DNA of 64,000 nucleotides from the NCBI GenBank assembly GCA_002269645.1, contig NIVC01001164.1, positions 62,001 through 126,000 on the forward strand. The letters are read 5' to 3'. The position numbers were made by a program, and so were the translations under genes. Below, piece after piece: positions 12,023 to 24,203 of this stretch; position 1 is the first letter of the stretch; each line of letters starts with the position of its first letter. The stretch is from Macrostomum lignano. Lineage: Eukaryota. Below the pieces are notes generated by a model, which was not told the origin of the DNA, did no database searches, and worked only from the letters and a program-made list of their open reading frames with translations.

Positions 12023-13899
12023 CTCAAGCACTTTTAACAGTGCTGACTTTTACAGCCTGCCACTCCAACACCTACTTATGTGCTACCATAGTAACTATAG
12101 AACTTGCTTTTTTCAGCCCATGCTGCTATAGTTCAACAACATGTACATGTAGAAGTCAATTTTTGTACACATTTAACTTTACTCAACAGGCCGAAGTGGC
12201 AGTCCCGACCGGTCGTCGAAAATGAACAGTACTTCAACCGCCCATTCAATGTCCTTGCAAAGTAGAAATCATGGGCGTCTGGACGTTGCACAGTGGACGG
12301 CGAGACATGAGCAGCTAAAGCGCTTGCTGGAACAGCGTCTTGGCAATGCTTGACTTCAGGTCTTGTTGATACTCGTAGAAGTAACTCAGTGCGCAAGAAT
12401 TTGAAATGTTATACCGTATCCAATAGTACTTGCAGGTACACTTAAAAATCGTATTTATACACCTTTCTATCATATTGGAAAGCTGTCTGGTACAGCTGTA
12501 ATTATCATTCCAGCTCAAAGTTCGGTCCGGCCAGTTACTGAACAGATTTCTTATCGAATTTCACAACATATAGCTTTCCAAATAAACATGTTTCAGGTTA
12601 AAAATTTGTTAGAAGTGTCGCATACACTATATAGAAATGAGAAAAGTAAGTGAACCAGAGCTGGCTATTTACGTGGATTATTTATCAAATCGTGTCCTTG
12701 TTTATTATTTGAAAATCAACAAATACATGACATTTCATGACATTGTTAGCAACTAGGAGGCTAAAGATCAAGCAAATGATAAGCATACCGGTTTCATGTT
12801 ATACATACAATCACTCCTGCAATTGTTTATTGGCTAGTTAATTCAAAGATTACGGTACTTGATTATCTAACTATCCTAGCAAATTATTACTGATCTTCTT
12901 AACGGAAGGGATCAAAACTCATTAGCCATATAGCAGGCATCAAAGACAGACGAATACTGCGATTTCTCGGTGATTTCAACTATACCGAGTTCCGTAAGTT
13001 CCCAGAGCTTCAACTTAACTATGTACATGTACAACCATTTGATGAAATTCCAGAAGAGACTCTTCTAGCAACTGGGCTAAATAATGTTTTATTTTGGGGG
13101 GAAACATGTAAGTGTTGCTTGCTGTCCATAATTGAATCGTTAGCAGCTGCTGTCAGGTAAATGGAAGCAATAATTACCAGATTCTCTCAGGTAGAGAGCG
13201 CGGCGATTGCTTGGCTGACAATGGTTGTTGATCTGGACAGTCACAGAATTGCCGTTGCCGCAAATATTAACCAGAGAGCCGTACTGACTGATACTACTGG
13301 CAATAGTAGAATCTCTACTAATACCATTAGTACGGCGGGCTTCGGTTCGAGACTCTCTGGCGCTGCTGTTCGTGATGTTGTCTGACGTCTGTCTGGCGAG
13401 CTGTTTCCGACCGGCCTGACTTCGCATGGCCACATTCTGACTGTCGCTCTCGATTGGCTTTGTTGAGGACTCCATTAGGTTTGGCTTTCTTTAGAGTAAT
13501 TGCGACGCAGTAATAACAAATGTCGTGTTTATAGCAATTAAAGTGCCTAGTTAATTTACAATTATTTCAGCTATTTGCTACACAAGCTCTGAGTTGAGAA
13601 ACGAGGTTCTAAGAGCGTATATTGTGCTTTGAAGAGTTTGAGTCATCTTTAAAATTGTACTAGCAATAATTGCACCCGATAGCTTTGCCTGTACGTCAAT
13701 TGTCTTGAGCAGAAAGAATAAAAGTCTACTAATGAAGAATAATGGGTTTGTGCAATTTCTATTTTTACCCAAGCTTCTCAAGCTAGCTTCAATAGAATTC
13801 TTCACATTTGGTGTCGAATCACTATTTCATACTTACGTTGATGAAACCTGATTAAATTTTAGTGCTTAAAACTAAGAATTTCTTGCCTCGCTTTGCACT

Positions 13900-14110
13900 C
13901 TTCTCCCTCCTCTCTCATTCCTCTCCCTCTCCTCTCATTCGATCCTCTCCCTCCTCCCTCATTCCTCTTTCTCCCTCTCATTCCTCTCCCTCCCCCCTCA
14001 TTCCTCTCTCTCCCTCTCATTCCTCTCCCTCCCCTATCCTTCCTCTCCCTCCCTCTCATTCTAGCTCTCCCACTCCAATCTTACCTCTTCCTCCTGTCAA
14101 ATCTCTCTCC
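13900..14110. repeat. Polypyrimidine low-complexity tract
   Basis: CTCTCATTCCTCTCCCTCC-like degenerate units. Confidence 0.85.
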
Positions 14111-14848
14111 CCTCTTATTCCGATCTTCTATTTATTGTACTAGATATACATTAGCCGAGAAATATTCAAGATACATGTAAAGTAAATGGAATATGGAAGC
14201 TAGGTTTTGTTAATATAATCAGAGGTTTCATTAAGGTTTCGCTTTCAGTATTTTTTTCATTGAAATTACGAGAATACAACTTTCATTAAATTCCTAAAAA
14301 TATGAATTGATTTCGAACGAGGATCCAAATGTCCCGAAGCTATTTAGCTTTTTGCTTCGGTTGCCTACAATCTTCCTGTCAATTACAGCTCTGCATCTCT
14401 TCCATTTTTTAATTGAATATCTCATTTTAGCATAAAAATGAAAGCTTTACTTCAAAACCCTAATTTTTATTTCGGTCAATTTTGCAGTGTTTGTGTTGGC
14501 AAATAGGATCTCGAACAAAACAAGCTTCGGCTTTATCAACGCGGATGCAATAAAACAATTTTTAAAAAATAATATTACTTATTCGCCCTTATTGTTAATT
14601 TTTAACCGAAAATTCAATTTTAAACAATAGTATTAACGTTGTTTCCTTTTTATTTATCAAATACATTAGGGTTTGTGCATCGTCTGCATCATTTTAGTTT
14701 CAGATTTCATGACTATTTTCAATTGTCCAAAGCAAAATTCTTATCTACCTTGATTTCCTGTTTAAGACAGATTTGTAAGGAATACTATTGTAGTAGTTCA
14801 TGTTCGTAGACTTTTACTGTACTTAAAGTATACAATTTTTTTTAAAAA

Positions 14849-17046
14849 ATGAGCAAAAAGTTGCTTACAGAGCAAAACACCCTGCCTGATATGTGTGTGC
14901 ATTTAAATGGAGTTGCTCCTGCTCCACGCAGAGACTTTTTCGACTTGAAGGTGTCATTGAAGCAGAAAAAGGTTTGTTGTATTTAGTACTTTTCCATTCT
15001 TGCCATAGGAACGCTAAAATTCTTAATAGAATAAATTCTTTGAATATGCTAGCTGCTATGGTATTTTTGCTTCACATTATCATTGACAATAATTTAGCAA
15101 TTTTGGTAGTTAACAGTAATAAATCACAAATTATTATTAATAAATGAATATTTTTAGCTCTGTTTATTAGCAAAGTAAACAGAGTAAATTGTTTCGTGTT
15201 GTCGGTCTTTGTTAGTATTTAGAGTTTCTGATTTAATTTCATATGTAAAACTCTACTATGAATTTCGCTGATAATTGTTTTAACATATGTTCAATTACAA
15301 TTGAAGACTAAGTTATTTTAATGCCTGATTTGTCTTAAATTTTGATATTACTGTATTTTTCCTATTTGAAAGCGTTTTATGTGTTAATATCTTGCTACAT
15401 ATTTATGTTTTATTGTATTCGGACAAAAAAACTAAAATTTCGTTTTTCCTATTGCAAGACATTTAAGGAAACTCATTTGTTTCATTTAGGTTATTTATTG
15501 AAGACAGATATCCACCCATCCATTATTCACATGTATTATTTTAAATACAAAAACTTCTACTCTATATATACAATGCATTAGGCTTCACTCAATCGTCTCT
15601 GAACAGAAGCTTTAAAATGAATAAAACATTATTAGCTTGAACTATCATCTAATTTCACTAGGGCAGAATTCATACAATTACCTTCAAATCCAATGTGTTG
15701 GGCATCGTGTAAGCAGCCTGTTCTACATGATTTATAAGCTGAAAAACTTCTGCACATTGCGCCTTGCCGCAAGTGAAAGCAAAGGGCAGTCACCCCTGAG
15801 TACACAAACAGATACGTATCCAGGCACCCGCTTCTACAGGGTGTATAACAGTCCTGGCAACAGTAAAATCAATAAAAAGACCATGGGTATATTCCGTCTG
15901 TAAAAAGACTTGTGATTGCACCGAAACGTTAGTGAACTACTAGATGTCAAACTCGCTAATGTACTTTATATTTTGTCTTCACCCACCCCGCAGGTGAGCC
16001 TGATCAAGTGGATTATCACTTCTCGCCAGGAGGAGGGCAAACTGCGTCCCGCCGAAGTTACCGACAAGTTCGAAGATTTCCCTAGCGAAATGATGAACCG
16101 TAAGTTGCAACCAACTGTTTTTTAATTGAATGATTTATTCCTAACTAATTACCCTTCCCCCGGCTCCAGGCTACATACCTTACGTGTTCGGCAAGGACAT
16201 TGTGCGCTACATCGAAGGCCTGATTGAAGGCAATTATGATTGGCTGGTCCGCCTACCTGACGATCTGCTTGTCTACCTGTTGACCTTTCTCAATCTGGAG
16301 GACATTGAACGATTGTCGCATGTTAGCACGCGATTGAAAATTGTGAGTTTGCTAATGTCTAAAAAACTACTTAGTAATCTTAGAAATCTTAACGATAGAT
16401 TCATAAATTAAAAACCAGGACCTCAGCTCCGGATAGCAGCACACCTTCGAACTTTCTAACTAGCAGTTTTGCGCAAGTTATAATAGATTCTTTCATAACC
16501 TCGAATGCTTCCCTGCAGATCTGCACTTCTGACGCGCTGTGGAAGAAGCTGTTCTATCTGCACATGCCGTCCCTGGTCAGCCCGGAGGTTGACTCTCTGG
16601 CCGATGAGAACGGTTGGAAGAGCGTCTTCTATTCGCGTATATTTGAGCGCAAAGTGAGCACAATCTGCCCTTCCTATTGCTGTTCAGGCTCATAGATCTT
16701 TGAAGACAGAGAGTTGCGCAATCGCTTGCACAATTTTATTTATTTCCAGCTCCGCGCCAAGCACCTGCTGCAGTCCCAAAGCAGCGAGGCATCGACGCCT
16801 CGGCTTACATCGGCGTCGACAATTTCTCGCGACTCGCCGACACCGTCGCGTTCGGTCAGCGCCGTGGCCGCGGCTGCCGACGGTCGGAGACGTCGTGGCG
16901 ATGATCAAATGGATGACGAAGATGAGGATATTGGCAGCGAAGGCATGGACGATGAGTCGCTGATGTCCTGGCGGTTGACGAGGACGCCGGCAGAGGAGAG
17001 AGAGCTGGGTCAGCAGGAGCTGGAGCTGGAGAGCGTTGTGGAATAA
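14849..17046 (+). CDS. FBXO36: F-box protein, FBXO36-like (exons about 14849-14971, 15994-16099, 16170-16342, 16519-16653, 16750-17046)
   Basis: The spliced product VSLIKWIITSRQEEGKLRPAEV..RYIPYVFGKDIVRYIEGLIEGNYDWLVRLPDDLLVYLLTFLNLEDIERLSHVS..ICTSDALWKK..LADENGWKSVF matches the FBXO36 sequence as I recall it. All junctions are GT/AG and phase-consistent. Exon 1 (GVAPAPRRDFFDLKV) is the least certain. Confidence 0.85.
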
Positions 17047-17133
17047 ATTTCTGCAATTCTGATGAGCATATTTTGGACTCTTGCGAATTTTTACGATGAA
17101 TTGAAAAACAGTCGGATAGGGAAAATAGTGCGG

Positions 17134-17418
17134 GATTTGATGCAACTGGTGTGCAATTTGATGCAACTGGTGTGCAATTTGATGCAACTGGTGTGCAATT
17201 TGATGCAACTAGTGCAGAATTTGATGCAACTGAAGTGAAGTTTGATGCAACTGGTGTGCAATTTGATGCAACTGGTGTGCAATTTGATGCAACTGGTGTG
17301 CAATTTGATGCAACTGGTGTGCAATTTGATGCAACTGGTGTGCAATTTGATGCAACTTGAGTGAAGTTTAATGCAACTGGTGTGCAATTTGATGCAACTG
17401 TTGCGGAATTTGATGCAG
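17134..17418. repeat. 21-bp minisatellite, about 13 copies
   Basis: Unit TTTGATGCAACTGGTGTGCAA, just downstream of the FBXO36-like stop codon. Confidence 0.95.
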
Positions 17419-17928
17419 CTTCTTCTGATGTTCCCAGCAAAGTGTACCAACTTTTTTACTTGCAACTCATAGAGGTTAAAAGCAAGCAACCAAAAAATTT
17501 TACTGGGTGCTTCTTGCGTTGGCTTTAGTCATCCTCATTCCCATATCCTTGCTACCTGTGCCTCTGTACTTCTCCGTCCACTAACGGATTTTTGAAAAAT
17601 CAATGTTTTCATTCTTGTGATCGATTTCTTTTGCGCGCGTTATGCAACAATACTAGAAACTTTCTACTGTAAGTACTATTCAATGCTTAAAACTAATTGC
17701 GTTTCTCCTTTTATTTATTGAATTTTTTTCTTAGCTATTGACGCAAAAAAATACACTGTGCTGTCACAGTGGCCCGGATAATTCGAATTATTAATTCCAC
17801 GCTTTGCTGTTTTTATATTTAAACTTTGGAATAGACTTTTGGGTTTCGTGATTTTGTGATAATAAAGTGAGTCCACCTACCCAACCCGCTTCTTTGCAGC
17901 GGACGGGCCACCTTCCGGCGCCACAGCC

Positions 17929-20325
17929 ATGGACCATTTCGACATATCAAGCGGCGCTCCTGCCCTGCAGTGCTTCTCCAACCTTGAGGCCGGGCCGCCG
18001 CCCTTCGCCATGCTCAACATGATGGTTGACGAGCAAATCAGCAGCCGGCCCGAGGCTGGGCGGGAGTCCGCCTCATCGGAGACTGGAAGTTCAACATCGG
18101 ATGCGGAGTCTGAGAAATCGGTGGAGGAGCAGCAGCAGCAGCAGCAGCAAGCACCTCCGGTGCAGCAGCAACTGCTAAGCAATCGCAGCGGCATCATAAG
18201 ACCGCCCAGACCGGGAATTTCTCGTTTGCTTGAACAAAACGAAGAAGAGCAGCAGCAGGAGCAGGAGCAACAAATGCCAGAGGAGCAACAAATGTCCAGC
18301 ATACCGAAGCCTAGAAATATTCGTCCGCCAGGGCAGAATCTGGAACAACGGCCGCAGCAGCAGCAGCAGGCAATTCAGGTGCAGCGACCACTGTTTGGCA
18401 AACACGGTGACATCGTCAAACCTCCCAGAGCGGCAATTTCTCGTCCAATTGAACAAAAGAAAGAAGAGCAACAGCAGCAGCAGCAACAGCAGCAGCAGCA
18501 AGTTCAACAGGCCCCTCCGCGTCCAAAACCATCCAGCATTTTATCTCCGGTGTCTGAGCGAAAACTGCAGCCACTGCGCCCGGCCTCTAAAGGGTCTCCC
18601 CCGGTCCCGGCTGAGCAGCAGCAGCAGGAGGTGCAGCTACTGGAGCAACAGCCGCAGAAGAAGACTTCACAAAACGATGACGTCTCGCTTGAAGAACAAA
18701 GACTCGAGCATCAAACGAAGAAACAAGCCCCTGCTTCTTCTAGTAGCAGCGCTAGCAATGTTGCACCAGCAACAGCGGCAAATCAAACCAGCCTGTTTAA
18801 TTCTGCCAGGGGCTCGACAGCGACCGCCGCCCCAACTACGAGCAGACAGGATACTCGATTCGACACTTCGAAACCGTCGCAAAGAAGCAACCTGTTTGGC
18901 AGCTTTGGCAGGAACCAAGACTATTCCAATACAGGCTTCGGCAGGAACCAAGACTATTCCAATACAGGCTTCGACAGGAACCAAGACTATTCCTATACAG
19001 GCTTCGGCAGGAACCAAGACCATTCCAATACAGGCTTCGGCAGGAACCAAGACTATTCCAATACAGGCTTCGGCAGGAACCAAGACCATTCCAATACAGG
19101 CTTCGGCAGGAACCAAGACCATTCCAATACAGGCTTCGGCAGGAACCAAGACGACCATTCCAATACAGGCTTCGGCAGGAACCAAGACGACCATTCCAAT
19201 ACAGGCTTCGGCAGGAACCAAGACGACCATTCCAATACAGGCTTCGGCAGGAACCAAGACGACCATTCCAATACAGGCTTTAGCATTACGGCTCACAATG
19301 CCAATACGAATAGAGGCGGTGGCTTATTCGGCTCAGGTGACAACTCGAACACGGGTGTGTTCGGCTCGGGCAGTCCTGCCAGTTTCCGTCTCGGATTTGC
19401 CGAATCTTCATCTCGGATGCCGCCTGAGAAGCCGCCGCATTTCTGCCCCTGTTGCGCTGCCCATCGCGCTCAAGAAGAGCAGCAACAGCAGCTGCTGCTG
19501 CAGCCGCAAGAGACGCTCCTGCTGCGCCAGTCGCTGCGCCAGGCAAGCGAGCTGTCCACCCGCCTCACCGAGTCTCTCGAGCGCATCGAACGGCTGGCCT
19601 CAAGCACCACCGCCGCTGGTGCTGCCGCTTTGCCGCGCTCCCGTTGTCAGCCGCCGTCGATTCCAGCGATGTCAATGACGGCTGCCCCGCCGCCGCCGTC
19701 CGCCTCGGTTGAATTCGGCGACATCAGCGACGCCGAGGCCAGCGAGGAGCGCCGCGCCGATGCGCTGCGCCGCAACCTGCGCCCGGTGTTCACCGGCGCC
19801 GCGGCTTGTTCGAACGGCTCGTTGCTGGGCTCGAGTCCGACTGGCGACCTCCTGCCGCTGCAGTCGCCGGACGGTCGCTGGACGCCCGACAGTCTGCGCG
19901 GCCTGATGGACGTCGGCGCGCTGCGTCAACTGCTGCGCGAACTCGGTGCCGCGTCTCTGGGCGCCTCGGTGTTCGCCGATCTGGAGTCGGCCATCTCAAC
20001 GGCTGCCGTGCTGCTTGCCGTGGCCGTCCAGCTGCGCCTGTGGCCGCCGAAGCCGGAGGCCGAGGCGGAGGCCGGGCTCCAATCGACTGTCGAACGCAGT
20101 GCCGAACTCAATCCACATTTGAAGGCCGGAATGAAGCGAGCCTGCGAATGGATGCACAAGTTTGAGACTACTCAGCCGGATCTGCTGCAGCGGCTGGAGC
20201 TGGCCAGGTCTCAGGCTGAGCTCATGAGCGCCCTGGTGCACTGCCTGCGCCTGCAGGAGCAGCAGGCGCCGCGGAAGCAGCAGACAGGCGCCAAGTTGCC
20301 GGCTTGTGCTCCAAGGAAGAAGTAG
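17929..20325 (+). CDS. 798-aa single-exon protein: Q-rich disordered N-terminus, 11 GRNQD(D)[YH]SNTGF repeats, C-terminal helical domain resembling the VWA5A/PARP4 C-terminus
   Basis: Long ORF with GC-rich coding-like composition. In-frame 33/36-nt repeats at 18907-19281. C-terminal LLPLQSPDGRW..LRGLM, STAAVLLAVAVQL and KRACEWM motifs. Confidence 0.8.
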   Translation: MDHFDISSGAPALQCFSNLEAGPPPFAMLNMMVDEQISSRPEAGRESASSETGSSTSDAESEKSVEEQQQQQQQAPPVQQQLLSNRSGIIRPPRPGISRLLEQNEEEQQQEQEQQMPEEQQMSSIPKPRNIRPPGQNLEQRPQQQQQAIQVQRPLFGKHGDIVKPPRAAISRPIEQKKEEQQQQQQQQQQQVQQAPPRPKPSSILSPVSERKLQPLRPASKGSPPVPAEQQQQEVQLLEQQPQKKTSQNDDVSLEEQRLEHQTKKQAPASSSSSASNVAPATAANQTSLFNSARGSTATAAPTTSRQDTRFDTSKPSQRSNLFGSFGRNQDYSNTGFGRNQDYSNTGFDRNQDYSYTGFGRNQDHSNTGFGRNQDYSNTGFGRNQDHSNTGFGRNQDHSNTGFGRNQDDHSNTGFGRNQDDHSNTGFGRNQDDHSNTGFGRNQDDHSNTGFSITAHNANTNRGGGLFGSGDNSNTGVFGSGSPASFRLGFAESSSRMPPEKPPHFCPCCAAHRAQEEQQQQLLLQPQETLLLRQSLRQASELSTRLTESLERIERLASSTTAAGAAALPRSRCQPPSIPAMSMTAAPPPPSASVEFGDISDAEASEERRADALRRNLRPVFTGAAACSNGSLLGSSPTGDLLPLQSPDGRWTPDSLRGLMDVGALRQLLRELGAASLGASVFADLESAISTAAVLLAVAVQLRLWPPKPEAEAEAGLQSTVERSAELNPHLKAGMKRACEWMHKFETTQPDLLQRLELARSQAELMSALVHCLRLQEQQAPRKQQTGAKLPACAPRKK

Positions 20326-20444
20326 AGCGTTGGACTGCGCGAATCGCTGCTTTTTGTGTCTTTTTTATTGTTTTTTGCGTGCTTCTGTCGAACAATATAA
20401 GCGAATCAGACTTGATTTTTCTATTTAATTCTGATTTGAACTGA

Positions 20445-21192
20445 GTAGTATAGATATCTACCAGTATAGTATAGATTTCTACCAGTCTAGTATAAATATC
20501 TACCAGTCTAGTATAGATATCTACCAGTCTAGTATAGATATCTACCAGTCTAGAATAGTTATCTACCAGTCTGGTATAGATTTCTACCAGTCTAGTATAA
20601 ATATCTACCAGTCTAGTATAGATATCTACCAGTCTAGTATAGATATCTACCAGTCTAGTATAGATATCTACCAGTCTAGTATAGATATCTACCAGTCTAG
20701 AATAGTTATCTACCAGTCTGGTATAGATTTCTACCAGTCTAGTATAAATATCTACCAGTCTAGTATAGATATCTACCAGTCTAGTATAGATATCTACCAG
20801 TCTAGTATAGATATCTACCAGTCTAGAATAGTTATCTACCAGTCTGGTATAGATTTCTACCAGTCTAGTATAAATATCTACCAGTCTAGTATAGATATCT
20901 ACCAGTCTAGTATAGATATCTACCAGTCTAGTATAGATATCTACCAGTCTAGAATATATATCTACCAGTCTGGTATAGATATCTACCAGTCTAGTATAGA
21001 TATCCACCAGTCTAGTATAGATATCTACCAGTCTAGAATAGATATCTACCAGTATAGTATAGATATCCACCAGTCTAGTATAGATATCTGCCATTATAGT
21101 ATAGATTTCTGCCATTCTAGTATAGATATCTGCCATTCTAGTATAGATATCTAACAGCCTAGTATAGATATCTACCAGCCTAGTATAGATAT
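20445..21192. repeat. 21-bp minisatellite, about 35 copies, with recurring variant blocks
   Basis: Unit CTAGTATAGATATCTACCAGT; explains the 304-aa RLVDIYT ORF. Confidence 0.95.
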
Positions 21193-21952
21193 ATAAGGCA
21201 CAGTCAATGCATTGATGGTAAATATTCTCCAGCCATTATTTAAACAGCTTAATATTACTATTGAAGCGATATTTCGACTATCTCTGTTTTACCCCACAAT
21301 AACAGCCATTACATTAACCAAATTGTAAGCTTGTGAGTGTCATATTTTTATATTATTTATTCAGCACAGAATAAAATCATTTTAATTTTTTTGATTTTTT
21401 CTAAAAACTTGTTTGACCTTTGAATATGATTGCGAGTTGTTTTTTTGTTTAAACACATTCAGAATATGCTATATCCATTACACAGATTTTTGTGTGCCAT
21501 GTGTAAACAGTCATGTTGAACACTAATAGCACAAACATACTTCTCACCTGACTGGCTTGTGGATTATTTGATCGGGTCTTGCCCTAGAATCGTTTTATTC
21601 TCGAACTTCTTTATTTTTATCCACTTTATTGTATGTTTATTATTATTACCGAAAGTACAGCTTTCCAAGACACAAATATATAGAACATTTTGTGTGCACT
21701 GCACTTTTAACCGTCGTTAAGACGTATTTACAACTGTATATGCATGGATGCTGTGTCAACATAGGTTTTTCAATTGTACTTTTAGTTACCGTATAAGTAT
21801 TATAGTTAGTCATTCGTCAGTAGCAACAAAAAAGGCAAAGAGGATTAATTTCTTATCAAGGTTCAAAAGTTGGGAAATATGGTGTTCCTTGTATATTTCA
21901 CTGTTCGAAAATTGTTGTTGGGAAGTTTCTTAAAGCAAAGATATCGATTTGT

Positions 21953-23108
21953 TCAGGTGAAGAAGTTATCGCCGCTTCGCTTTCCGAACCTGCGGATTGA
22001 TTGAAGCAAAGGGTTGAGCAGTTGAGCGTTTTAGTAAACTACAATTTAATAACTGGCTTTTGAATAATTTGTATCTATTTGCTTAGCTCCATGACATGGC
22101 CAGACAATCACCGCGTCGTCTGGATCTAGCCTGATACATTGGTTAAATTATGTCACTATCTTGCTGTTGCTATTTTTAGCTCATATACATGACGCTGAGC
22201 CAGCTAATCGCAGCACGATTTGGATAGAGAATTTAAGTAACTATCGTACTGAGGCTATTTTTAGCTCATATCGTCCAGCCTAGAGCCAGCCAATGGCGGC
22301 ACAGCTTGGATAGAGAGGTTTATTCCGTCACTATCTGGCTGTTGTTATTTTTAGATCGTTGTAAAAAAAGGTTTTCGTATCGGCGATTCGTTTCATTTAT
22401 TTTTTGTTCTGTCTTTAGATTCACTTCCGGAATCGTGATCTGCTCCCGGTGCTTTCAGATAGCTTTTGAGTTTCTCAGGCTGAATTTTTAGAAAAATTCC
22501 GTCGGACTTGAGAGGATCCATTAATCCAGTTAACTGGATTATAAATTAACATTAATACAGCTCCTCCATTTACCCATGAGCTTACCTGGGACGCAGCACC
22601 AGCTCCATGTAACTGCGCAGGTTTTTCATGTAGAAGCGCAGGCGCTCCGAGTCCTCCTGCTGGGTGCCGGGCGGTGTCGCCGACATGGCCAGCAACTCCT
22701 TCATTACTTGGAGCTCCGCAGCTTCGTCAGGATAGCCCTGCGGCTGACGATGGGGCATTGGACTGACTGACTGACTGACTGACTGACTGACTGACTGACT
22801 GACTGACTGACTGACATGACTGACTGACTGACTGACTGACTGACTGACTGACTGACTGACTGACTGACTGACATGACATGACTGACTGACTGACTGACTG
22901 ACTGACTGACTGACTGACTGACTGACTGACTGACTGACTGACTGACTGACTGACTGACTGACTGACTGACTGACTGACTGACTGACTGACTGACTGACTG
23001 ACTGACTGACTGACTGACTGACTGACTGACTGACTGACTGACTGACTGACTGACTGACTGACATGACTGACTGACTGACTGACTGACTGACTGACTGACT
23101 GACTGACA

Positions 23109-23144
<36 letters not shown>

Positions 23145-23456
23145 TGACTGACTGACTGACTGACTGACTGACTGACTGACTGACTGACTGACTGACTGAC
23201 TGACTGACTGACTTGAGTGAGTGGGTGACTGACTGACTGACTTGAGTGAGTGGGTGACTGACTGACTGACTGAATCGAGTGAGACTGACTGACAAACTGA
23301 CCTGACCTGACCTGACCTGACCTGACCTGACGTGATCTGACCTGACCTGACCTGACCTGCCCCTGACCTTACCTGGAGTGGCAAGGCTCGGCAGCAGCAG
23401 TTGATGAAGCAGATACCCAGAATGCTCACAAGCAGTAGTGCTCTGCTGTCTACCAT
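21953..23456 (-). CDS. npf: Neuropeptide F/Y precursor, about 92 aa (exons 23456-23373, 22743-22586, 21989-21953)
   Basis: Signal peptide MVDSRALLLVSILGICFINCCCRA; mature C-terminus RLRFYMKNLRSYMELVLRPRF followed by GKR. Tyr at -10 and -17 from the C-terminal Phe. A phase-2 intron splits the last Arg codon (AG|G), the conserved NPY/NPF intron position. Confidence 0.92.
22761..23360. repeat. (GACT)n / (GACCT)n microsatellite filling NPF intron 1
   Basis: Direct reading; source of the SQSV ORFs. Confidence 0.95.
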
Positions 23457-24203
23457 GATTATTGCTTTGAGTTTGCCTCGCAAAATTTTTTTTACAAAAA
23501 AACAGTTTTTTCTTTGGTGAAGGATTTTCGGTGTCTTACGGGTGAAATCGAGAAATTCACAGATCTGTTCGCCTTTTATGGCCACCCGCTCGCCCCCCCC
23601 TCTTTTAATCAGCTTCCCAATCTCCCAAAAGTGGGCGGTGCAACTCCTTTTTTAAAGATTTACCGCTTGGCTAAGTTGCAATTAAAAAATTGAAAGGTTT
23701 CTTAAGCAGAAGAAATACAGTTTTTTCTATAATCCTGTTGATTGTTTTTTGCAAATCCTACAAATTTTCAGCCTAAAAAGATAAAAAAGCAGTGTCTGCC
23801 AACCAGCTAGACTACTTGGTAATACATGCATGAGTAGTCAGTAGCACATATTTTCTTCAAAAATAACGGCAAAGGCAGAAGAGAATGCAATATTTATTAA
23901 CTAGATTTCAAAAGAATATATAAGCCTAAAGCGACAAAGTTTTATTGCGCATCAAAGTTGAATATTAATATTAATGACGGGGCTATTTAATACCTATAAT
24001 GAAGCTACTCGTAAATTGTAAAACCGAAGACACCCTGAGACTGTTGGGGGGTCTGGCGACTATTGACTGCACTGCTACAAATTTATTTAGCGTATCTACA
24101 GAACACAAAGTTTATATTTAGTAAACTCCCGTGACAGGCCCTGTCGCTCAAAATCCTCTTTCACAATCCGTGTTGGACAGGCTGACTGGCTGACTCCTAG
24201 GAT

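Noticed and set aside
12130-13475. Minus-strand fragments resembling a Ulp1 protease and a Crypton-like tail (NICGNGNSVTVQIN)
   Set aside because: Similarity is too weak, there are multiple stops, and no catalytic motifs could be confirmed.
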